Assembly (NCBI RefSeq): GCF_009914755.1
Contig: NC_060938.1
Length of the DNA: 64,000 bases
DNA from: the human T2T-CHM13v2.0 reference genome, Homo sapiens
Direction: 5' to 3' (one strand)
The translations under genes and the position numbers were made by a program. The notes beneath the pieces are model-generated. The model did not search any database. It saw only the letters and a program-made list of their open reading frames with translations, and was not told the origin of the DNA. Shown here piece by piece: positions 46,204-60,148 of this stretch; the stretch's first letter is position 1, and each line of letters begins with the position of its first letter.

Positions 46204-46402
46204 TAGAATTGATATTTTTTATTTTTAACTGTGAATATAATCTCATCCCAGAAAGAATACATTTATTTCTGTCCATCCATTATCTATGTGTATATGTGTA
46301 TCCATGTGTATAGAATTGATATTTTTTATTTTTAACTGTGACTATAATCTCATCCCAGAAAGAATACATTTATTTCTGTGCATTCATTATCTATGTGTAT
46401 AT
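46204..46402. repeat. Tandem duplication: 92-bp copies, period 107
   Basis: 46204-46295 versus 46311-46402, 3 mismatches. Confidence 0.95.
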
Positions 46403-48279
46403 TCCAGTTGTCTGGAATAATGTCACTAATTGCTAATCTAATACCTAATATTTCTCAATGGTGAGATTTTGGATGATTTAATGCATCTTTTCTGTGTATT
46501 TTTTGTAGTATTTGAATTTATATAATGAGAATATTTTAAAGAAAGTGATACAATGAATTTATTGCTCTGAAAAATGAATAAATACTTACGCAGTTTTATA
46601 GCCTCATTTCTTTTTTAACTTATCTTGACCCCTTTTCTCTTACCATCATTTTAAATAGTTGCACAGTATTTTATGGATGTGTTAATATATTTCTTCTTTC
46701 ATTCCTGATCTCAGTTTCTTCATCTGTAATGACAGAGCTGAACTAGATTAGCCGGTTGCAATCTTTCTCTTTAAACTATGAAATCCTTCCAAGAAATAAA
46801 CAGTTTATAACTCTTGGCTTAGGCATTTCCCATAGAATGTAGTTTCAAAGCTGTACAGATTAGATAATTTCTGAGGCTTATTTCATTTTACCACCAAAAA
46901 TTAGGGTTTTTCTTTTTTTTAGGATTTTTTTGAGTGACTTTTTCATGTGTTTAAAAAAAATCGGTAACAGACATAATCTTATGAATCAGAATTTTAAAGT
47001 GAAAGGGACTTTGAAAACCATCTAGTATATTTGCCTAACTTTTATACATAGGGAAACCAAATTTAAGTTTTTAAACTAACGTCATACAGCCAACTGAAAT
47101 GAATGAGACTTGAGTGCACATCTCCTGACTTTCTATGCTGTTCTTTTCCCTACAGTACACATAAATATATATACATATATATTTATACAATGATGGGCAA
47201 ACAAGATGACAATTTTATTGTACTCATGTCACATTTAAACCATCATGTAAATGTCAGGAAATATGCTTAATTTATAGTGTATTTATTTTCTTGTTCATGA
47301 AAAGAGATCAGTACTGCAGCCATTATTGAACTCCTAGAGTTAGAAAGGAAAGTGAGTGGGATTCTGGCGAGAAAGAAAGCATTTACTTGTCAAAGATTTG
47401 GAATTTACTGTGGTTACCAAAATTAAAATAAAACTAAAACTTGACTTGGCAGAAGATTAAAAACAAAGCAGCTCCAAAGTGTGTGCACATCATGGAGAAG
47501 ATGCCATTATTCCTTCAGGCAGCCAAAGGGGAAGGGAATATTGTTTCTTTGCGTTGCTGGAGCTGATTTATTTAGTTATGATTTCAACATGCCTACAGGG
47601 CACACCCCAGAAAACATTACACAACAACATTAACCAGAACAAATGGTGCTTTCTTTTTCTGTATCTCCTCCTAAGGTTTTTTAACAGCAGTGAGGTTTTT
47701 TCTTTTTCTTTTTTTTTCCCCCATATTGTTAAAATGGCTCTGATTATGTTTGACTATTGGGTGTGGCAGGTTTTAGAATGTTAAGTGGTAGTACAGGTTC
47801 CTGAACAAGAAAGAGAATTAGAGTTGATGTGACTTGATTATTGGAATGTGTAGAATGTAAAGTTGTGAGACATACGACGGTCTACCGCAGGTTGCTCTTA
47901 GTAATGGACCTTCTTGTTAAAAGCCCTGTTATTATTGGGAATTTATTTTGGAAACTACTAAAGAAGAAATTTGACAGAAAAGTAAAACAAACCACCTTGT
48001 CTCATATTTCCTTTCTACACAGGCACTTTGAAGAGATATCTTAAATATTGTCAAGTCTCAATTATCCTGGCACACGTTAGCATTATCACCATTCTCACAA
48101 ACTTGAATTAAATGCACATGGTATTGCAGCAGGTGCAGCACAGAGAAAATTGGCAAACAAGATCCTTATCCTTTTGGAGCTCAGTAAGGGTTGCTATCCT
48201 AGTAAGTAGTTCAACCAATCCCAAACTAATTTTTCCGGATACTCTCCAAACACCCTCCCTCCCTTCCTATATCCTCTGT

Positions 48280-48870
48280 CTTCATTAGTGGCCTCTCCAT
48301 CCTCTCAGCTGGAAACCTCACATTCATCTTGAGTCTTTATGTTCCCTTGGTCTTCACAACCAATCTGTCAACAAGTCCTGTTTCTTCTATCACTAAAATT
48401 GCTTTTTGACTTTGTTTGTACTCTTCCCTCCATTCTCCTAGCCATTGCCCTGTTTAGGCCCTTTTCATCTTCCATTTCAGTTCTTGGAGAGCTGCTTATC
48501 TACTTTTAACCTTTCCATTTTCTAATCCATCCTCCATACTCTTGTCAAATCTCTTTCTTTAAAGACAGTTCTAATCATATCACTCTCTGGTTTAAAAACC
48601 TTTGATGGGTCCCCATTAACACATAAGGGATAAAGTCTAAACTCCTTAGCTTGTCATGCCAGGGTTTCAGAGTCTGGCTCTGATCTACTTATTCTCATCT
48701 CATTACCTGCCATAATTTCCCCCTTACCGTATTTCCCATTGCCAGACGCACACACACATGTACATTTACTCCATTCCCACAAGCTTCCTCATAATTCCCT
48801 GAGCTTGCTATGTAATTGTGCTTTTGATCATGCCTTTCCTTGCCCCATATACACAGAACACTCTTCCCTG
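48280..48870 (+). mobile_element. L2 remnant
   Basis: ccaatctgtcaacaagtcctg; atcactctctggtttaaaaacctttgatgggtccccatt...taaagtctaaactccttagc. Confidence 0.7.
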
Positions 48871-50032
48871 ACAAACTCTTGCTTGTATAGAGGAACTGAG
48901 GAAGCCAAGATTTTACAAAGAGTACTCTTGACAAAAGAAATAAACCACGTGCATAGACCAAGCAGTAGGGCCACCGTTAGAGCAGAGTTCAGACTAGTGG
49001 CTGCCGACTAGTTTCTCTTGGGCAAACCAGGAAGAAGGACTCAATCCCAGAAGGTACTGGCATTATAGCAGTGATTAAATTGGTTTGCAATAGTATTAAA
49101 TGAATGCCTCCTTCCTATTTATACAGCCAAGAGTTAGCATTTACTTTTATAGCTAAAGGATAGAGGGAAATAGCTACAGTAGGTTTCTGGCATAGTAGTT
49201 AATTTCAAGAATTAAAAGAAAACTCATTACCCTTATCTACCTACTACTCCTACCTTATCTCATGTTCCAAAGGTGTAAAGAATGATTAGGAACTCACAGG
49301 ACCACGAGCCTTCACACTCACATTGGTGCTTTTTAAAAATCACCAGGATAGAGCCAGAGATGATGGGTTTAAGGGGTAAATTGAAAGAGGGAAATAGCAG
49401 CTCTTTACCTCAAGTTACTGAGGAAGCAGAGGCCTTTTTCATGCTCTGCCTAGTCATGCTTCTCCCTAACCATTGCATCTTTCTGCTCAACCTTTGTCCT
49501 TTTTATCCACATATGATTCTTTTAAAAAATTAGTTCTTACTATATAAGTATTGTATTAACATAGTATCTTCAAAACATGTGGAATGTTTGTAAAGGCTTC
49601 TCTGACATTCTCTCACCACCATCATCCCCAATCCCAGCTGCCTACCCACCAATGCCAGAAAATGACAACTATTTTCAGTTTGGTTTTCTGTTGCTTCAGA
49701 CCTTTCTCTATGCATTGACTTAGAGATACATGTTGTGGATAGACAAATAGGCTTATGAAATATAGTATTGCTGTGTGTGTTTGTATGTGTACGTGTGTGC
49801 TTGCTTTCCTCACAGAATCAGTATCATACTTACTCTGCCTCTCAGTTTGCAAACTTGCTTTTTTGACTCTGCCCGTAGATCTTGGATATCTTTCCTATTA
49901 GTATGTAGAGATAATTTATCACAGTTTTTTCAACTTCTTACATACAGTATTATATTTAGGTCTAGCTTAACCCTTTCCTCTTCTCATAGCAATCTGATAT
50001 GGACAATTAGAAGAGAAAAAAATTTTAGTAAC

Positions 50033-52311
50033 TGTGTTAGTTTGTTTTCATGCAGCTGATAAAGACATACCCGAGACTGGGAAGAAAAAGAGGTTTAATT
50101 GGACTTACAGTTCCACTTGGCTGGGGAGGCCTCAGAATCATGGTGGGAGGCGAAAGGCACTTCTTCCATGGCGCCAGCAAGAGGAAAAATGAGGAGGTTG
50201 CAAAAGTGGAAACCCCTGATAAAACCATCAGATCTTGTGAGACTTATTCACTACCACGAAAACAGTGTGGGGAATACTGCCCCCATGATTCAAACTATCT
50301 TCCACCAGGTCCCTCCCACAACACAGGGGAATTATGGGAGTACAGTTCAAGATGAGATTTGGGTGGGGACAGAGAGCCAAACCTCATTCAGCCTCTGGCC
50401 CCCTCAAATCTCATGTCCTCACATTTCAAAACCAATCATGCCTTCCTTATAGTCCCACAAAGTCTTAACTCATTTCAGCATTAACTCAAAAGTCCACAGT
50501 CCAAAGTGTCATCCGAGACAAGGCAAGTCCCTTTCGTCTGTGAGACTGCAAAATCAAAAGCAAGCTAGTTGTTTCCTAGACACAATAAGGGTACAGGCAT
50601 TGGGTAAATACAGCCATTTCAGATGGGAGAAATTGGCTAAAACAAAGGGGCTACAGGGCCCATGCAAGTACAAAATCCAGTGGGGCAAATTCTAAAGCTC
50701 CAAAAAGATCTCCTTTGACTCAGTGTCTCACATCCAAGTCATGCTGATGTAAGAGGTAGGTTCCCACAGTCTTGGGCAGCTCTGCACCTGTGGCTTTGCA
50801 GGGTATAGCTCCCCTCCTGGCTGCTTTCACAGGCTGGTGTTGAGTGTCTGTGGCTTTTCAAGGTGGAAGGTGCAAGCTGTCGGTGGATCTACCATTCTAG
50901 GGTCTGGAGGATGGTGGCCCTCTTCTCATAGCTCCACTAGGCAGTGTCCCAGAAGGGACTCTGTGTGGGGGCTCCAAACCCATATTTCCCTTCCACACTG
51001 CCCTAGCAGAGATTCTCCGTGAGGGCCCTGCTCCTGCAGCAAACTTTTGCCTGGGCATCCAGGTGTTTCCATACTTCTTCTGAAATCTAGGTGGAGGTTC
51101 CCAAACCTCAATTCTTGACTTCTGTGCACCTGCAGGCTCAACACCACATCGAAGCTACCAAGGTTTGGAGCTTGTACTCTCTGAAACTATGCGCCGAGCT
51201 GTACCTTGACCCCTTTTAGCAATGGCTGGAGTGGCTGGGATGCAGGGCACCAAGTCCCTAGGCTGCACTTAGCATGGGGCCCTGGGCCCAGCCCATGAAA
51301 CCATTTTTTCCTCCTAGGCTTCTGGGTCTGTGATGAGAGGGGCTGCCATGAAGACCTATGACATGCTCTGGAGAGATTTTCCCCATTGTCTTGGGGATTA
51401 GCATTCAGCTCCTTCTTGTGCAAATTTCTGCAGCCAGCTTGAACTTCTCCTCAAAAAATGGGTTTTTCTTTTCTACTGCATCATCAGGCTGCAAGTTTTC
51501 TAAGTTTTATGCTCTGTTTCCTTTTAAAAATGGAATGCTTTTAACAGCACCCAAGTCACCTTTTGAATGCTTTGCTGCTTAGAAATTTCTTCTACCAGAT
51601 ACCCTCAATCATCTCTCTCAAGTTCAAAGTTCCACAAATCTCAAGGGCAGGGACAAAATGCTGCCATTCTCTTTGCTAAAACATAACAAGAGTTACCTTT
51701 GCTTCAGTTCCAACAGGTCCCTCATCTCCATTTGAGACCACCTCAGCCTGGACTTTATTGTCCATATCACTATCAGCATTTTTGTCAAAGCCATTCAACA
51801 AGTCTCTAGGAGGTTCCAAACCATCCCACATTTTCTTTTCTTCTTCTGAGCCCTTCAAACTGTTCCAACCTCTGCCTGATACTGACTTCCAAAGTTGCTT
51901 CCACATTTTCAGGTATCTTTAAAGCAACGCCCTACTCCAATGGTACCAATTTACTGTATTAGTCTGTTTTCATGCAGCTGATAAAGACATACCTGAGACT
52001 GGGAAGAAAAAGAGGTTTAATTGGACTTACAGTTCCACTTGACTGGGGAGGCCTGAGAATCATGGTGGGAGGTGAAAGGCACTTCTTACAAGGTGGTGGC
52101 AAGAGAAAAAAATGAGAGGATGCAAAAGTGGAAGCCCCTGATAAAACCATCAGATCTCATGAGACTTATTCACTATCACGAGAACAGTATGGGGGAAACT
52201 GCCCCCATGATTCAAACCATCTCCCACTGGGTCTCTCCCACAACGTGTAGGAATTATGGGAGTACAATTCAAGATGAGATTTGGGTGGGGACACAGAACC
52301 AAACCATATCA
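50033..52311 (-). mobile_element. Complete THE1 (THE1A-like) MaLR element: LTR 50033-50386, internal, LTR 51955-52311
   Basis: Two direct-repeat LTRs with tg...ca ends around about 1.57 kb of internal sequence; TSD gtaac / gtaag. Confidence 0.93.
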
Positions 52312-53109
52312 GTAAGCAAGTACTGGTTCTGATTAAATGCAAAAAATGTTGCAATTGTTGGTTTCAGGAGGAGTGTTATCCTTAAAAATTAGACTGTCTT
52401 AGAAACACTTGTTGGACCCAGTTCAAAGGACTTCACTAGCATTAACACTCTCTCTCCTTTCTTTCTCCTTAACCCACTTCTACCCAATTACTGACATTGA
52501 TGGGAGTTAAATGTAACCAGGACTCTTTGTTTATATATACATCTGGTTTTCCCTGTTCCGTATGCCTAAATCCTCCCTCCATTGCTTCTGTTTAGCATTT
52601 AATGTAAATTTCCAAATTAATTCAAGAAGAAAATTTGAAATATATAAGATGAGGGCATTAGGTGATCTCTGAGGGCTTTTACAGCTCTAGGATTCTATTA
52701 GGTTATTAATAATTTATTTCCAGAGGATACATTCTGATAAACTAAGAAGTTTTCTGTGCTTGATTTAGCTTTTACTTAATTAGGAATATAAATAACTAAA
52801 TATTTAAATAGATAAAACTTATGCTATTTGTCACTTTTTCTTGAAGCATATTTATAATGATCATTTAATGTTCAAAGTAAACCTCCAAAAGGACTTGGTA
52901 ACTGCCAAATATTACCACCAAACTGTAGACTAATCAATTAGACCACTAGTATTTGAATTTTTTTCTTTTACTATATAAAACTAAGAAACGTGGACTGAAT
53001 CAAAGTGAATGGGAGCTTTGGATAAAATATTGGTAAGATGTTTGCACTTACTGTCTGCTTTTGAATGTTCAGATATTTAAGAGGTACCATCATATACCAC
53101 GAACAAAAG

Positions 53110-53280
53110 GTTGGGAGTCAGGAATCAGGGAATTAGTCCTAGCTCATCACTGTCTCATTTTGTGATTGCAGGTCATGCTTTGCTCTTAAATTTTCCCATC
53201 TTTAGCATGTAGTAGATTATTTCTGACCCTTAACTTACCCAGGGATGTTTTGTGAAATAATAAAGATAACCACTGCCAGT
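53110..53280 (+). mobile_element. MIR3-like remnant
   Basis: gggagtcagga...tagtcctagctc...ttttcccatct...cccagggatgttttgtgaaa. Confidence 0.55.
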
Positions 53281-56200
53281 TATTTTTTGCTGCTCAGTAA
53301 AGATTCTACACAAATTAATGGTAGCAGTAGGGTGGTTATTTCATTATTTAAGAAAGTTCTTCAAAGTGAGAGAACTACCCAGCATAGGTCATTTGGAATT
53401 GCTGTTTATTTGTTCTTTTAGGCCAGCAAAAGTGTTCTATGTTAGGTAGAACAGTGCTAAAAACTTACATAAAAGCAAAGGTTTTGTAAGTTGTAGGAGC
53501 CAGTCCTTGGTGGATCTAGTTCTTTCCAACTCTTGTTTTTAGTCATCTGCTTTTATAAAAGTGAGTGGTCTTACCTTTTAGTTGTTTTTTTTTTCCTAAG
53601 GTAGATTTTTATTTTTATGTTTATTCATATATTCTGTATGAGTTCTGTCATCTTGATAAACCTTGGAATAGAAAGTCATATGTAAAATTTGCCACTTTAC
53701 TTGAATTCTAACACTTTTTGTGATGTTAACCTGTTAGATTCTCATTCTAAATTCCACTTCTCACCTTCTTGTGATTGGTTGCTGTTTGTTAGGAAAACAT
53801 GTAACAGATTCTTACCCTCTTTGAAAAATCACTGTTGTTCTTTTTGTTGATGCAGAACAGCAGTAATTTTTTCTCTTTAAAGGAAAAATAATTTAGACAA
53901 AGGAGATACTTGAGAAAAGAGTTTAAAGAAATTTACTGTTTTCTCAGTGTACTTCTTTTCAAAATGATGTCACCCCAAGTGTTATAATTCTTTCAAAGCT
54001 TAGTGTCCAACTGGTGAACAAAACTAACAGTTGATTGCCTCAAGTTCAGCAGTGTTTGCTGTATATTTTCTACATCTGTGGACTATTCTGTTATGACATA
54101 AAAGCTATTAAAGATTATAATTTTTAAACTATATATTTCACTAAGTATTTATAAACACGTATGAAACTCGTTCTAAGTATAACCTGTACTGAAATGAACT
54201 GTTCATGTTTATGACTCAGTAGGTAAATTGCTCTGGAGTGCTTCAGACCAGGCTCAGCTGAAGCAAAGCATTTTGAATTGATATTGTTAGGAAAGGTTTT
54301 TTTTCCTTATTCAACGGTTACATGCGAATTTTAAAAGATTTCTTGTGTTTGGTTAGTTCTAAATTTAAATTTGTTATACTTCTTATACTAGTAGAATGTT
54401 TCCTTTCTATCTGCAGATTTGAGAGTTGGTCTTGGAATATGGCTTTGCAGATTAAAAAAAGGTTACTTTTAAAATTCCTCTTAAACTTTATAATTCAAAT
54501 CAGTCAAGTAACCAAGAAGAGAAATTAGAGAGGATACCATTGACTTGCTTTGTATCTGTTGTTCTTCCTTTCCTTCTCTGCAAAGGTAAACTGAATTGCA
54601 GCTTTGTACTTAGAAGTAAATTACTATTAAAATAAAGACAGTTTAATAGTATTTTAGAAAATGTGGAAAATGGAAAGATGGGAATGAACTATAAAAGATA
54701 GAATTTGAGCTGAGTCTTGAAGAATACATTGTTCTTGATGTATTCCAGACTTCCCCTTAGACGTTTTTTATTCTTTGTGACTGTTGTGTGTTATGTGACT
54801 ACTTAGGTCATCCTCCCTCAGGGGGAATAGTTGGACGTTTATTCTCCAACTACTATGTAAGCACCATCTTAATATTTGCCCTTGGATGAGTCACATCACT
54901 CTGCTTTGCCTTAATTTCTCCATCTGTAAAATGATAATGGCTATATAATTTTAGATTTATTGAGTTCAGTGGAGGCAAACCTTTAAAGTATAGAGATGGC
55001 TTTCACTGTGAATGAATTTAAGATAAAAGATAGCATTACCACAACAGTGCATTTTTCTACCTTTAACACATATGTTAACCACATTTTTGTGGGGGCACAA
55101 AAATAAGGATTTGGCATACAAGATAATTTGAGTGCCTTGTACGTGTTCTAGCTGGCAATAATCCTAACCCTTGTACTCAGCATCTGGTTTATTCATGAGA
55201 TCCCCTGTAATTAACCAGTAGTACTTCTCAGTCTTGTCTTTTAGGAAGATTTATGGTATACCTCAGGTGGTGTCAGATAGCAGGCAGAAGACAGATGAGT
55301 AGCTAGTTCTCTTTATTTAGAAAAAAATTCTGTCTCCTTGACACCAATATTGTTAAATAAGATATGATTTCTAAAAAGCCATTTTCCCTGTTTATTTGAC
55401 ATGATTGGCAGCTCTACTATCTGAACACCTAAGAAGTTTAAGTTTCTTAGGTGTGGTTTTAGAGTCTTAGGAAAGCTGGGAAGGGCCTAGACTTTAGAGG
55501 CGACAGGCTTATGGTGTGTCCTGGAGTGTTACACAAGGAAGAATTATTAGGGCCAGGTGCCTTTCATGTCTATGTCTGCCAAAGTAAAAAATGCAGAGGC
55601 AAGAGTTTGTCTCAGCAATAGTTTCATACATTATCTACACAGAGAAAAGTGACTATTTAATACTGGCAAGAATTCAAATACTTTCTATGTAATCAATATC
55701 AAAAGAGGGTAAGTTTGTTTTTTGATTGGTTATCAAGTTGATATACAGTCCTATTGCTGTGGTCTGCTTAACCTGTAATTATCAGAGAAATCTTGTCAAA
55801 CAAGATTTTCTGAAATGAAGCCTGTTAATTATATCAGATCCTTTGGTTTTATGTGGAACTATTATCATGTCATGAATTGGGAACCGTTTGAACAAAATAC
55901 TGATTTGGAAAACTCTTTATCTCAAATTTTGCTTGAAACCCATGACATCTAATGGAAAGGGCATGGTGAGAGGCAACACTAAATTTCTAAGCTGAACTCT
56001 TTTCCTAAACATCCCTCAGTGATCATTCTCTTGTATGAGTAGATCCCAACAAGGGTAGGGATTGGTTAGTTTCAGGGCATCTTATCTAAACATTCGTCTA
56101 GGGGCAGGTCTATGCTGGTTAGACACATAGAAATCAAAATTATCAACACAGTGATGACAATGTAATTGGCCATATCTATCAGCAACTTATAATCAACCAT

Positions 56201-58588
56201 ATCTAAGGCTGCTGAAAGGTACACCCTGGTAAAAATTCTGGCTCTACCTTTGACTTTCATTACTGACCCTAAGGATTTTGGACTGAAGTCTGTAAGTGAG
56301 CTTGAATTCAACCTGGAATCTGCTTTGACCTTGTAGGTAAATAGTGTGCAAAGTTAGGAAATTAGAACAAAATAAAATTTACTTTACAGCTAGGATAAAT
56401 TGTGATAAAATGAGAAATTGGCAGCAAGAAGTTTTAGTGAATAGGACCCTCAAAGGAAACTTAAACAATGTTGAAGTGATGTTTGCTGCCATCAGACAGC
56501 ACACACACACAAAAAACTATGTCTAAACTGTTAAAGTGGATTTTATGTAAATTGTTCATGATAAACATTTGCATTATATATTCCTATTCCTTTGTACTTC
56601 CCATTTGATGAAGTTTTCAAACTGTGGTTTGCTGGAGGGGAAAAAGAAAACCCAAATCCAAACCACATAGGACAAATTGAATTACAAACCTGGTGTGGTC
56701 CCTTAACTCAATTACATCTAATTTGTGTTATTTTAGTCATCCTGGGTGGCAGCTGTTCTGAGTAAATGCCCACAAACATTTTCAATGTAAGAATTTGTCC
56801 TGATTACAGCTCTTTAAGATCAGTAGTAGCCTATTTATATTTTAAGTGGCAAAGTTTTAGATTAATTTGGTGTATCAGGACCATTTTAAAAATTCAAAAT
56901 TTAGTTGTTTCACAAATAGACATTTAAAAAGCAAGCATCCAATGTTTATTTTAAATGTTAATTTTTGTAACTTCACCTCATTTTCTTATTTCTTATGTTT
57001 CTACTTATGTTTCTTCTAAACATAGCCACTTAATTACTTTATTCAGGCATTTATCAACTTGCATATACAAGGGAATATGGAATTTTAGATTCAGATAAAT
57101 GCTTTGACATTCCAAGTCAAAATTTGAGATGATCTGGGAAGAAAAACATGAAATAATATGGGTTCAGGATTGTTCAGTTCAATATAATTAAAACGGAGGT
57201 TTGTGTTAGAACTAAGTTAAGATTGAATATTAAATACAAAAGAAATGAAGACCTTGAAACTCATGAAAGTCTTGTGGAAGGACCTTGACTAGTGTTCTAA
57301 GGTAGACAAATGGGACCAGGCTAAATTTTAGGGAATTACAATGAAGAGATACTATCCAGCAGAGACAGTAATGAAAGAAAACTCCTATTACTTCAAAAAT
57401 GATAGATGGTACATGAATATGTTTAAAAGCCATTGTTTTTCTACTAAATTCAGTAACTTTCAGTTAGCAACTGAATATCTTTTATGGACTAGATATTGAT
57501 CTATGTACTGAGACTTCAAAGATGAATAAACTAAAGGTTCCTACTTTGGAGGAACTTATACTGTAGTTAGGATGGGGAACATGTAAATAATTTATAGCAA
57601 CATATGGTAGGTGATATGATAAAGGTTTGAATAAATTCAAAGCTTTTTCTTTTGTCATAAGGAGGGTATAGGCCTAAAGTTAGGGTATTAGATCAAAACA
57701 AGTGAAATTTTTGTTTAAACTTACTACAGTACATGAGACTTATACTTCACTAGATATTTAATCAGTTAATGGTCGACCCATAGACTTAGGAATATAAATT
57801 GTTTAAATTTGAGGTGTTTATCAGTTGTGTACACTTTTTCCCTACTCATTCTCTTTTTATGGAAAAAACAATTTGGTAATCAATTATGATATGTATTTTC
57901 TTGTATATCTCTTATAATTTTTAATTAGTTGTGAACTGTATCAACTTTAATAACATTTTAAAAGATGTTCATCATCCTATATTCCTCTTTTATATGTGAT
58001 ACTGACTACTAATCTACTATTTATTTTTGAAATTATTTTTGGTCTTCAGTGGTAGTGTGCTTTTTTTGGTTTCTCTCCCACTTTTGGAGAGTTGATATCT
58101 GCTTTGCTGGCTTCACATCTGTATTAGTTATCAATTGCCATAACAAATTACCCTAAAACTTAGCCGCTTTAAACAATGAACATTTATTACCTAATGGTTT
58201 CTGTGGGCTAGTAATATCGTATCTGTCTTATTCACATGTGAATGATGAACATTCAGACATCCGATAAATATTATTGAATGGTGCACAAATGAATGCTGTT
58301 ATTCAAGTTGAGGTTCTTATCACTTAGCACCTAATGGGCTCCACCATCTTCTTTGCTGGCTTCCAATCCTTACCCCCATGCTGTTTGTAAAACCACCCTT
58401 TCAAAAGAAATTTATGCTGCTGCTTCCCTTATTAATAACCAGTTGTGACTCTCATTGGCCTAATCAAATTTCTGTTGGTCTCCTTGGCATTCAAAGCCTT
58501 CCATAAACCAGCCTTATCATATTTATTCAACCATAAACCTTAACAGATATACCTATTTTACTTAAACTGGTTGTTTATACTTTAGACC

Positions 58589-58970
58589 TGTTAAAAGACA
58601 ATCCTTAACCAAATTAAATATAACTCAGTTTAATTGAGCAAATCTGGCGGCTTCTTGAACCCGAGTAGTCTGAGAGAGACTCCATTGCAGCCACGTGCTG
58701 GAAGATTTATGGACAGAAAAAGGAAAGTGACGTACAGAAAACAAAATAGAGGTACAGAAACAGCTGGATTGGTTACAGCTCCGCATTTGCCTTATTTGAA
58801 CGTAGTTTGAACAGTTGGCCCCCTTTGGCCAAAACTCAGTGATTGTCACAAGAGCAGATTACAGTCTGTTTACACATCCTTTTAGATTATAGTTCACACT
58901 GTGTAGAGAAACCTTTAGGCTGAATTTAAAATATGTAAGGAGGCAGCTTTAGGGTAAACTTGATTTAACA
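58589..58970 (-). mobile_element. ERV1 solo LTR, MER57A-like
   Basis: tgttaaaag...gaaagtgacgtacagaaaa...ggattggttacagctc...tttaaca; perfect 4-bp TSD GACC at 58585-58588 and 58971-58974. Confidence 0.85.
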
Positions 58971-59052
58971 GACCAAACCTTATCCCCATCCCTAATATCA
59001 TGTTCAGTTTTACTTTCTTACCTTTATTAATGCTTTATTCCCTCATCTGTAA

Positions 59053-59502
<450 letters not shown>

Positions 59503-59517
59503 TCAACTCTAGTTTTT

Positions 59518-60148
59518 TGTTTTTTGTTTTTTAATTTTATTTTATATATTTTTATTATTATTATACTTTAAGTTTTAGGATACATGTGCACAACGTGCAG
59601 GTTTGTTACATATGTATACATGTGCCATGTTGGTGTGCTGCACCCATTAACTCGTCGGATTAAAGACTTACATATTAGACCTAAAACCATAAAAACCCTA
59701 GAAGAAAACCTAGGCAATACAATTCAGGACATAGGCATGGGCAAGGACTTCATGTCTAAAACACCAAAAGCAATGGCAACAAAAGCCAAAATTGACAAAT
59801 GGGATCTAATTAAACTAAAGAGCTTCTGCACAGCAAAAGAAACTACCATCAGAGTGAACAGGCATCGTACAGAATGGGAGAAAATTTTTGCAACCTACTC
59901 ATCTGACAGAGGGCTAATATCCAGAATCTACAATGAACTCAAACAAATTTACAAGAAAAAAACAAACAACCTCATCAACAAGTGGGCGAAGGATATGAAC
60001 AGACACTTCTCAAAAGAAGACATTTATGGAGCCAAAAAACACATGAAAAAATGCTCATCATCACTGGCCATCAGAGAAATGCAAATCAAAACCACAATGA
60101 GATACCATCTCACACCAGTTAGAATGGCAATCATTAAAAAGTCAGGAA
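59518..60148 (-). mobile_element. L1PA3-like insertion with 5' inversion
   Basis: Minus-strand 3' end 59518-59656 joined to a plus-strand ORF2 piece 59657-60148; 15-bp TSD tcaactctagttttt at 59503-59517 and 60149-60163. Confidence 0.93.
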
